From positions 52,102 to 116,101 of the forward strand of contig JAKQOW010000032.1 in NCBI GenBank assembly GCA_029565065.1: a stretch of 64,000 bases of DNA, given 5' to 3'. Below, one piece after another: positions 57,114 through 64,000 of the stretch. A program made the translations under genes and the position numbers. Position 1 is the stretch's first letter. The number at the start of each line of letters is the position of its first letter. The notes beneath the pieces were generated by a model that saw nothing but the letters and a program-made list of their open reading frames with translations, ran no database searches and was not told the origin of the DNA. This DNA comes from Acidobacteriota bacterium (GTDB lineage: Bacteria > Acidobacteriota > JAAYUB01).

Positions 57114-57698
57114 ATGAGCAGCGACGAAGCGGAAGAGATCCGGCGGTTTTTGGCAGGCGACGAGGGTGCGTTCCAGGCGATCATGGATCGCTGGCGTCGA
57201 CCCATCGTCAACTTCCTGTACCGGTGCACCGGCAGCCAGGATGACGCCGCCGAGTTGGCTCAGGAAACCTTCCAGACCGTCGCCCGGCGGCTTGGCGATT
57301 TGAAGGATCCCGCCCGGTTCTCCTCGTGGATCTACAAGATCGCCCTGAACCACTGCCGGATGCGGATGCGCAAGCAGCGCAACCGGCAGATGGAGTCGCT
57401 GGATGCCCAGACCTTTGATAACAACGAACTGAAGGACAGTTACCAATCGCTCACGCTCAACACGTCACTCTCCCCGGAAGAGCGCCTGTCCAAGCAGGAA
57501 ATGGCCCGGGTGGTTCGCCGGGCGCTCGACCGGATCGAGCCGAAACAGCGCGAGGTGATCGTATTGAAGGAGTATTCCGGATTGCGGTTCCATGAGATCG
57601 CCGAGGTGCTCGATGCCCCGATCTCGACGATCAAGTCCCGGATGTACCTGGGACTGGAGAGCCTTCGGCGGGAAATCATCAAAATCATTCGGCCATAG
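57114..57698 (+). CDS. ECF-type RNA polymerase sigma-70 factor
   Basis: Region 2 (IVNFLYRCTGSQDDAAELAQETF) and region 4 (VIVLKEYSGLRFHEIAEVLDAPISTIKSR). Confidence 0.85.
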   Translation: MSSDEAEEIRRFLAGDEGAFQAIMDRWRRPIVNFLYRCTGSQDDAAELAQETFQTVARRLGDLKDPARFSSWIYKIALNHCRMRMRKQRNRQMESLDAQTFDNNELKDSYQSLTLNTSLSPEERLSKQEMARVVRRALDRIEPKQREVIVLKEYSGLRFHEIAEVLDAPISTIKSRMYLGLESLRREIIKIIRP

Positions 57699-57705
57699 GT
57701 GCGCC

Positions 57706-58341
57706 ATGAATTGCGATCAAGCCAGAGAGCAGTTGCTGGATCTGATGTACGACGAGATGCCCCCGGGCGCCGACCATGACGCTCTGGATGCCCATCTGAG
57801 CGGCTGCCCCCGCTGTCGGGCCGAACGGGACGAACTGGGCATCACCCGACGGTTTCTGGCCGCCTGGGACGACACCATACCGGCGGCTCCCCGCAGCCCG
57901 CTCGCCCCAGCCGCCACGGCCGGCCGCCCGGTGCTTCATTTTCCACGGGTCTCCTGGCTCACGGCCGCCGCCGCCCTGCTCGTGATCGCCGCCGGCGTCC
58001 TGGTGGCCGTCACCCCGGTGCAGATCCGCTACCACGACAACGCGGTGGAGATCCGTCTGGGCAGCACACCGGCAACACCGACCGCCGCCGACTCGGAATG
58101 GCTGCGCACGGTGGACCAGATGATCGCCGAGAGCGAAACCCGCCAGATGGGCCGGTTCATGGACGCCATGCAGAATGTCCATTTCCGGCTCGAGGATGAG
58201 CGCAACCGCGACCGTCAGGCCATTCAGCAAGGTTTCGATCTGGTGAAGGAGATTTACATGGACCAGATCGAGCGCAACAACCAGCTGCTGGAACTGTCTC
58301 TCCAGCAGGCGGACTACCGCACTCGAATCCAGCCCCGTTGA
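57706..58341 (+). CDS. anti-sigma factor (zf-HC2 type) with one transmembrane helix
   Basis: HLSGCPRCRAE zinc-finger motif 8 nt downstream of the sigma gene. A transmembrane helix LTAAAALLVIAAGVLVAV. Start at MNCDQAREQLLDLMYDE. Confidence 0.7.
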   Translation: MNCDQAREQLLDLMYDEMPPGADHDALDAHLSGCPRCRAERDELGITRRFLAAWDDTIPAAPRSPLAPAATAGRPVLHFPRVSWLTAAAALLVIAAGVLVAVTPVQIRYHDNAVEIRLGSTPATPTAADSEWLRTVDQMIAESETRQMGRFMDAMQNVHFRLEDERNRDRQAIQQGFDLVKEIYMDQIERNNQLLELSLQQADYRTRIQPR

Positions 58342-58348
58342 GGTCGTC

Positions 58349-58921
58349 ATGATCCGCAGAAGCCATCTGCCCGCTGTATTCTGCCTGATCGTCGGGCTGT
58401 CCGGCACCGCCAGCCTCTTTGGCGCCGGCACGCCGGCCGTCGATTTGAACCAGTTGCGGCGGGAGTGCGAGCTGTTTGAGAACATTCTCAACACTTCCCT
58501 GCGCCAGAATATCCAGAATCCCCTGTTCATCGCCGAGAAGGTGCGCGGCGCGTACTTGGAAGGCTACGGCATCACCTTCACGTACACCGTCAACCTGAAC
58601 CGCTCGATGATCCTGTTCCCCAGATCCGCCCAAACCGGCGCAACCCAGGCCAGCAACGAACCCGATCTCGGCAAGACGGTTCAGATCCTGCGGCGGTGTG
58701 CCGCGGAGGTGCTGAGCCAGTATGGATCAGCCTTCCGGCAGTTGCCGACCCAGCACAAAATCAGTATAATCGCCCACGTTCTTTCCCGCTCGGTGGATCC
58801 GAATGTGCAATCCGGGCACGTCCTGGTCGTCACGGCCACCCGGAACGATCTGGACCAGCTCCAGCGGGCCCGGATCAACACCGATGAATTCAAAAAGAGG
58901 ATCGTCTACCTTGAGTATTAA
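58349..58921 (+). CDS. hypothetical periplasmic protein
   Basis: Signal peptide MIRRSHLPAVFCLIVGLSGTASLFGA. 7 nt downstream of the anti-sigma gene. Its end overlaps the gspE start. Confidence 0.55.
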   Translation: MIRRSHLPAVFCLIVGLSGTASLFGAGTPAVDLNQLRRECELFENILNTSLRQNIQNPLFIAEKVRGAYLEGYGITFTYTVNLNRSMILFPRSAQTGATQASNEPDLGKTVQILRRCAAEVLSQYGSAFRQLPTQHKISIIAHVLSRSVDPNVQSGHVLVVTATRNDLDQLQRARINTDEFKKRIVYLEY

Positions 58922-60617
58922 ACTGTCCGACATCAAGCAGAAGAAAAAGATCGGCGATATCCTGGTAGAAAAAGCGCTGGTCAGCGCCGACGAACTCAAA
59001 ACCGCGCTCAACCTGCAGAAGGAGTCGCGGGAGAAAATTGGGCGGATCCTCTGCGAACTGGGCTACATCTCCGAGAAGGACCTGTTGCAGGAGCTGAGCC
59101 TGCAGCTGGAGATCCCCATTCTGACCCCCGAGATGATCCCGCCGGTTCCGGTCATCGAGAACACCTTCAGCATCAATTTCATGAAGTTCAATCGGTTTCT
59201 CCCGGTCCATTTTGAGGGTGGTCTGCTGAGCATCGCCTGTGTCTACCCCAACGACTACGCCTTGGTCAACACCATCCGCCAGCTCACCCAGCACGAGATT
59301 AAAACCTACCTGGCGGTCGAGTCGGAGATCATGGACCTCATCGACCGGCTGTACGGGGGCGCCGCATCCGACATGGAACGAATCATCGAGGGGATCGGCG
59401 ACGGCGAGATGGCCGGTCTCGAGGATGTCGAGGATATCGAACACCTCAAGGATCTGGCCTCGGAGGCGCCGGTTATCCGTCTGGTGAACCTGTTCCTCCA
59501 GAAAGCCGTGGAGAGCCGCTCCAGCGACATCCACGTGGAACCCTTCGAGAAGGAGTTCAAGGTCCGGTTCCGCATCGACGGCATCCTCCACGATATCGAG
59601 TCGCCGCCGAAGCATCTCAAGGCGGCGATCATCTCCCGCATCAAGCTCATGGCCAAGCTGAACATCGCCGAACGGCGGCTTCCCCAGGACGGTCGCATCA
59701 AGCTCCGGGTGCTGGGCAAAGAGATCGACCTGCGCGTCTCGACCCTGCCCACGCTGTTCGGCGAAAGCGTCGTGCTCCGCATTCTGGACAAAGGTTCGGC
59801 CGCCCACTACGACCTGGCCAAGCTCGGTTTCCTGAGCGACACCATGAACGCGATCCACATGATCATCCGCCGCCCCTACGGCATGTTCCTGGTGACGGGC
59901 CCCACCGGCAGCGGCAAGTCCACCACCCTCTACGGCTCACTCAAGAAGATCAACCTGCCCGACAAGAAGATCATCACCATCGAGGACCCGGTGGAGTACC
60001 AGATCGAGGGGGTGAACCAGATCCACGTGAATCCCCAGATCGGCCTCACGTTCGCCAGCGGCCTGCGCCACATCGTGCGCCAGGACCCGGATGTGATCAT
60101 GGTGGGCGAAATCCGCGACCTCGAGACCGCGGAGATCGCCATCCGGGCGGCCCTCACGGGTCACCTCGTGTTCTCCACCCTGCACACGAACGACGCGCCG
60201 GGCGCCATCGCCCGCCTCATCGACATGGGCGCGGAAGACTACCTGCTGGCGTCCTCGATCCTGGGCATCCTGGCCCAGCGTCTGGTCCGGGTCATCTGCG
60301 ACGAATGCAAGCAGCCGGTCCGGCCCGAGTCGGCCCTGCTCAAACAGTTCAATTTCCCGAACGACACCATGTTCTTTGAGGGAAAGGGATGCCCCAGCTG
60401 CGCCGGTACCGGCTACCACGGACGGATCGGGATCTTCGAGCTGATGAATATGACCGAAGAAGTCAAACACCTGACCATCAGCCGTGCGCCGGCGTCCGAG
60501 ATTCGCAAGATGGCCATTCAGCAGGGTATGCGCACGCTGCAGGAGGACGGTTTTCTGAAAGTCAGCCGGGGGATGACCACCCTCGCCGAAGTGCTGCGCG
60601 TCACGCAGGACGTGTAG
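58911..60617 (+). CDS. gspE: type II secretion system ATPase GspE
   Basis: The N-terminal T2SSE_N domain is KKKIGDILVEKALVSADELKTALNLQ. Walker A is GPTGSGKST. There is a tetra-Cys motif CDECKQ...CPSCAGTG. TTG start with GAGGA 9 nt upstream; an alternative ATG is at 58884. Confidence 0.85.
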   Translation: MSIKLSDIKQKKKIGDILVEKALVSADELKTALNLQKESREKIGRILCELGYISEKDLLQELSLQLEIPILTPEMIPPVPVIENTFSINFMKFNRFLPVHFEGGLLSIACVYPNDYALVNTIRQLTQHEIKTYLAVESEIMDLIDRLYGGAASDMERIIEGIGDGEMAGLEDVEDIEHLKDLASEAPVIRLVNLFLQKAVESRSSDIHVEPFEKEFKVRFRIDGILHDIESPPKHLKAAIISRIKLMAKLNIAERRLPQDGRIKLRVLGKEIDLRVSTLPTLFGESVVLRILDKGSAAHYDLAKLGFLSDTMNAIHMIIRRPYGMFLVTGPTGSGKSTTLYGSLKKINLPDKKIITIEDPVEYQIEGVNQIHVNPQIGLTFASGLRHIVRQDPDVIMVGEIRDLETAEIAIRAALTGHLVFSTLHTNDAPGAIARLIDMGAEDYLLASSILGILAQRLVRVICDECKQPVRPESALLKQFNFPNDTMFFEGKGCPSCAGTGYHGRIGIFELMNMTEEVKHLTISRAPASEIRKMAIQQGMRTLQEDGFLKVSRGMTTLAEVLRVTQDV

Positions 60618-60636
60618 GCGAACCGCACGAGGGATC

Positions 60637-61860
60637 ATGACGGCATTCTCCTACAAAGCCACCACCCGCGACGGCAAGGTCGTCGAAGGCCTGATCGAGG
60701 CCGAGAGCGAGCGTGCCGTCCTGGTCAAACTGCAGGACTTGGGCTACCTGCCGCTGCGGATCACGACCGGATCGAAAGGCGGCTCCTCCATGTTCGCCTT
60801 CAATTTTTCCGCCCAGCGCCGGCGTAAGGTCCGGGCCAAGGATCTGCTGATGTTCACTCAGGAGCTCAAGACCCTGCTCCGGGCCGGACTGCCGCTGGAC
60901 CGCAGCCTGATGATCCTCGAGCAGCTCGCGGAGAAGGGCGTGTTCCAGGAGATCATCCACGACGTCATCGGCAAGATCAAGGGCGGCAAAACGCTGGCCG
61001 ACGCCATGGCCGATCATCCCGACGTGTTCCCCAAGGTCTACCTGAATATGATCCGGGCGGGCGAATCCGGCGGCGTGGTGCCGCAGGTCCTGGAGGAAGT
61101 CAGCGCCTACCTCGAACGGAGCGTCGAGCTCAGGACCTACCTGGCGACCTCGCTGATCTACCCGGTCATCGTTTCTTCGATGATGATCGTGTCGCTGCTG
61201 GTGATGTTCCTCTTCGTCATCCCCAAGTTTGCGCAGATCTTCGAAAGCTCGCGGGCGCCGATCCCGCTGCCCATGCAGGTGCTGATGACGATCAGCGATT
61301 TCTTCACCGGCTGGTGGTGGGCGATCGCGGCTGTCCTGATCCTCGCCGTCGTGGGCTTTGTCCGCTGGCGCCAGACGCCCCGGGGCCGGCGGGTTTGGGA
61401 CGAGCGGCTGCTCCAGACGCCGGTCCTCGGCCGACTGGTCAGTCTGGTGGAAGTCGCCCGGTTCAACCGGACCCTGGGCACCCTGTTGCAGAGCGCCGTC
61501 CCGCTAGTCCAGGCGCTCACACTGGTCAAGGAAATCATCAACAACCAGGTTATCGCCGAGACCATCGAGCCCATCAAGAATGGCGTCAAGAAAGGCGACG
61601 GGCTGGTGGGCCCCATGCGGAAAACCGGCGTCTTTCCGCCACTGTCCCTGCACCTGATCGAGGTGGGCGAAGAGACCGGCAACCTGGCCGCCATGCTCAC
61701 CCAGGCCGCCGACGTGTTCGAGAACGATGCCCGGGTAGAGGTCAAGCGGCTGATCGGCCTGTTCGAACCCGCCATGATCCTCCTGATGGGCGTGGTGGTG
61801 GGCCTGATCGTCATCACCATGGTGTTTTCGATATTCAGCATCAGTGAGATTCCGATGTAG
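60637..61860 (+). CDS. gspF: type II secretion system inner-membrane platform protein GspF
   Basis: 407 aa. Two T2SSF repeats and three transmembrane helices. Confidence 0.85.
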   Translation: MTAFSYKATTRDGKVVEGLIEAESERAVLVKLQDLGYLPLRITTGSKGGSSMFAFNFSAQRRRKVRAKDLLMFTQELKTLLRAGLPLDRSLMILEQLAEKGVFQEIIHDVIGKIKGGKTLADAMADHPDVFPKVYLNMIRAGESGGVVPQVLEEVSAYLERSVELRTYLATSLIYPVIVSSMMIVSLLVMFLFVIPKFAQIFESSRAPIPLPMQVLMTISDFFTGWWWAIAAVLILAVVGFVRWRQTPRGRRVWDERLLQTPVLGRLVSLVEVARFNRTLGTLLQSAVPLVQALTLVKEIINNQVIAETIEPIKNGVKKGDGLVGPMRKTGVFPPLSLHLIEVGEETGNLAAMLTQAADVFENDARVEVKRLIGLFEPAMILLMGVVVGLIVITMVFSIFSISEIPM

Positions 61861-61868
61861 GAGTAGCT

Positions 61869-62300
61869 ATGAGCGAGAAACGGGAACGTCGTCGGCAGCA
61901 CCCCAGGGGCTTCAGCTTGATCGAGCTGATGGTGGTGCTTGTCATTCTGGGTCTGATTGTCGGCATCGTGGGCCCGAGCGCCTGGCGCAGACTGACCCAG
62001 GGCCAGAAGATTGCGGCCAAAACCCAGATTCAGCAACTGGAAGCGTCCCTGCTCAGTTTCAGCACCGACATGGGCCGCCTGCCCTCCACCGAGGAGGGAC
62101 TCAAGGCGCTTGTCGAGAACCCGGACGGCTCGGAACTATGGGCCGGCCCCTATCTGAACAAGATGAAGGTGCCCAAGGATCCCTGGCAGGCGGACTACGT
62201 GTACACCTTCCCGGGTTCCCACAACAATGAATTCGACCTCTATTCCAAGGGGCAGGACGGCCAGGCGGGGACCGCCGACGATATCACCAATTGGGAATGA
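61869..62300 (+). CDS. gspG: type II secretion major pseudopilin GspG
   Basis: Prepilin signal ...RGFSLIELMVVLVILGLI, the GspG core QKIAAKTQIQQLEASL, and the C-terminal DPWQADY. 143 aa. Confidence 0.85.
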   Translation: MSEKRERRRQHPRGFSLIELMVVLVILGLIVGIVGPSAWRRLTQGQKIAAKTQIQQLEASLLSFSTDMGRLPSTEEGLKALVENPDGSELWAGPYLNKMKVPKDPWQADYVYTFPGSHNNEFDLYSKGQDGQAGTADDITNWE

Positions 62301-62303
62301 TCC

Positions 62304-62801
62304 ATGAACCGGCGTCGCGGCGGATTCACGTATGTGGAGGTGGTGGTGGTGTTGGCCATCCTGGCCGTCACCGGTCTCGTCGCCTATCCGCCCCTGCGCG
62401 CCACGCTGGAAAAAACCCGGATGGAGAGCGCCGTCCGGGAGCTGGCGGCTCTGTTGAAGTACGCCCGGGAAAAGTCCATGGCCGAACAGGAAACCGTGGC
62501 CGTGGTGCTGCGCAAACAGGAAGGCGATCTGACAATCTTCAATCGCCGCGGCCAATCCATCAAATACTACCGCCTGTACGACAAAATTGCGTTCACCCGC
62601 CTCATCCTGGACGGATTCGACGTGGCGGACAACCGGACGGTGGTGTGGTTCTACCCCGACGGACGCAGCACCGGTGTCGCCATGGTCGTCCGTCATGAGA
62701 GCGGCCGCCAGCTCCGGCTGAAAACCGACATTCTCACCGGCAACACGCGGATTTACGCGCCCGGGGAAAGCGGGTTCGATGATGAAATGTTCAATCCCTG
62801 A
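62304..62801 (+). CDS. gspH: minor pseudopilin, GspH-like
   Basis: Prepilin motif GGFTYVEVVVVLAIL. 165 aa. Its position after gspG fits GspH. Confidence 0.65.
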   Translation: MNRRRGGFTYVEVVVVLAILAVTGLVAYPPLRATLEKTRMESAVRELAALLKYAREKSMAEQETVAVVLRKQEGDLTIFNRRGQSIKYYRLYDKIAFTRLILDGFDVADNRTVVWFYPDGRSTGVAMVVRHESGRQLRLKTDILTGNTRIYAPGESGFDDEMFNP

Positions 62802-63279
62802 CAACCGGGAGACCGGACGCCGCCTCCGCCGCCGACGCACCGACGCCGGTTTCTCCCTGCTGGAGGTGGTGATCGCGGTGGTGCTGGTCGGGGTGATCTT
62901 CGGCGCCATCATCCAGGCGTTCTCATCCTCACTGCGAAACATCAGCCAGATCAACGTGTATCAGATCGCCCTGCAGTTGGCGCAGAACAAGATGAACGAG
63001 CTGCTCATCGACGAGAGCATCATCGAGGACGGCGCGCTGGAAGGATCGTGGGACGACAATTACAGCTGGCGCGCCGTAATGGAAACCCATGAGGTGGACG
63101 ATCTGACCATCGACAAGAACCGGCTGACGACCCGGTTGCTTCACATCCGACTCACCGTCACGTACGCCAGCGAAGGCCGCCGCCGGGAGGTCCGGCTGTT
63201 CACCATCAAGCTCGTCCCCAAGCCGAGCGTGGGCGAACCCGGCCGGCTGTCGGGGAGGAGGACGCCCTATGACCGCTAG
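62779..63279 (+). CDS. gspI: minor pseudopilin, GspI-like
   Basis: Prepilin motif AGFSLLEVVIAVVLVGVI after a long basic leader. 166 aa. Confidence 0.6.
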   Translation: MMKCSIPDNRETGRRLRRRRTDAGFSLLEVVIAVVLVGVIFGAIIQAFSSSLRNISQINVYQIALQLAQNKMNELLIDESIIEDGALEGSWDDNYSWRAVMETHEVDDLTIDKNRLTTRLLHIRLTVTYASEGRRREVRLFTIKLVPKPSVGEPGRLSGRRTPYDR

Positions 63280-64000
63280 GCGCGGGCTCTCCCCCAGAGG
63301 ATTCAGCTTGCTGGAAGTGCTGGTGGCCGTGACACTGTTCGCCATCATCTGTTCCGTGCTCTACTCCGGCTTTGACATGGTCACCCGCAGCTGGCGCCGC
63401 GGCCACGAGAACATCCAGCAGAGCGAGCGACTGCGCAGCGTGTTCGAGCTGATCCGGCGGCAGGTCATCTCCATCTACCCGGTGGTGCCGGTGGAGGAGG
63501 ACACCGAGGCTGATCTGGCCCAGCCGGGGCCGCAGCGCATGATCGCCGCCAAGATCCCCTACTTCGTGGGCAGCGACCAGCAGGTTGCCTTCGTCACCCT
63601 GTTTTCACTCCGGCTCAATGCCATTCCCGGCCTCTGCTTCGTGGCTTATGGTGTTGAGCCGTCCCCGGACGGCGATGGACTGGCGCTGGTGGAACTGGAG
63701 AAGCCTTACACCGGCATCAGTCCGCTGGCGGCCGGCGGGGTGTCGTCGGCGCCGGAGGACATGTATCGCTATACCCTGCTTGACCGACTGGAAGAAGTCA
63801 CGTTCGAGTTCTACGGCCTCGACCTGTCCCAGGCCGGCGTCGTGCCGGAGGAGGAGCAGACCAAGCAGTGGTACTCCACTTGGAAGGTCGAGGAGATGGG
63901 CGACCTGCCGGAAGCGGTCCGCATCCGCTATCGGTTCATGCCCGAAGCCAAGATGCGGTTCCCGGAGGGCGAAATCCTGGTCCCGATCCGGAGCAAAGGC
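63269..64000 (+). CDS. gspJ: minor pseudopilin, GspJ-like (runs off the window end)
   Basis: ATG with GGAGGA upstream. Prepilin motif RGFSLLEVLVAVTLFAII. More than 244 aa with no stop inside the window, so it is absent from the ORF track. Confidence 0.6.
   Translation, partial: MTARRGLSPRGFSLLEVLVAVTLFAIICSVLYSGFDMVTRSWRRGHENIQQSERLRSVFELIRRQVISIYPVVPVEEDTEADLAQPGPQRMIAAKIPYFVGSDQQVAFVTLFSLRLNAIPGLCFVAYGVEPSPDGDGLALVELEKPYTGISPLAAGGVSSAPEDMYRYTLLDRLEEVTFEFYGLDLSQAGVVPEEEQTKQWYSTWKVEEMGDLPEAVRIRYRFMPEAKMRFPEGEILVPIRSKG

Overview
This is a high-GC (about 68%) chromosomal segment from a diderm (Gram-negative-type) bacterium. The lineage cannot be assigned from sequence alone. It is densely coding on both strands. 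Many long antisense ORFs in the six-frame track are GC artefacts, and I rejected them where the opposite strand carries recognisable domains and signal peptides.

From start to end the window holds:
- prs (partial), tRNA-Gln(TTG) and ispE, on the minus strand.
- A secreted protein built from four tandem repeats of about 95 aa.
- A PaaI-type thioesterase, tRNA-Ala(CGC) and a SAM-dependent methyltransferase.
- A membrane/TPR Hanks-type Ser/Thr kinase (STK) and a YjbQ-family protein.
- A 1240-aa gingipain-like (C25) protease that ends in a dockerin-type double repeat.
- A DcaP-like outer-membrane porin.
- An ORF-poor region of about 1 kb.
- A single-domain response regulator, an OFA-family MFS transporter, a GT39 glycosyltransferase and an outer-membrane β-barrel.
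- A periplasmic ankyrin/LssY_C protein and a C69 dipeptidase.
- An operon of an STK, an FHA/Zn-ribbon protein and a trypsin-like protease fused across the membrane to an FHA domain.
- A metallophosphoesterase and a Reg_prop/YYY sensor that has no output domain.
- speA.
- flotillin, nfeD, a hypothetical gene and selA.
- sdhACDB.
- A cohesin-like secreted protein and a B12-binding radical-SAM protein.
- queE, tRNA-Ser(GCT), mqnC and mqnA (futalosine pathway).
- dprA and topA.
- A CNNM/CorC-family gene, ribD and ybeY.
- A tandem UspA protein and fabH.
- An ECF sigma and anti-sigma pair fused transcriptionally to gspE, F, G, H, I and J.

No CRISPR array, rRNA, transposase or integrase was found. 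The items most worth a second look are the kinase/FHA/protease module, the dockerin–cohesin pair, the tandem-repeat secreted protein, the sensor with no output domain, the ECF-sigma-headed T2SS operon and the 1-kb region without a gene.
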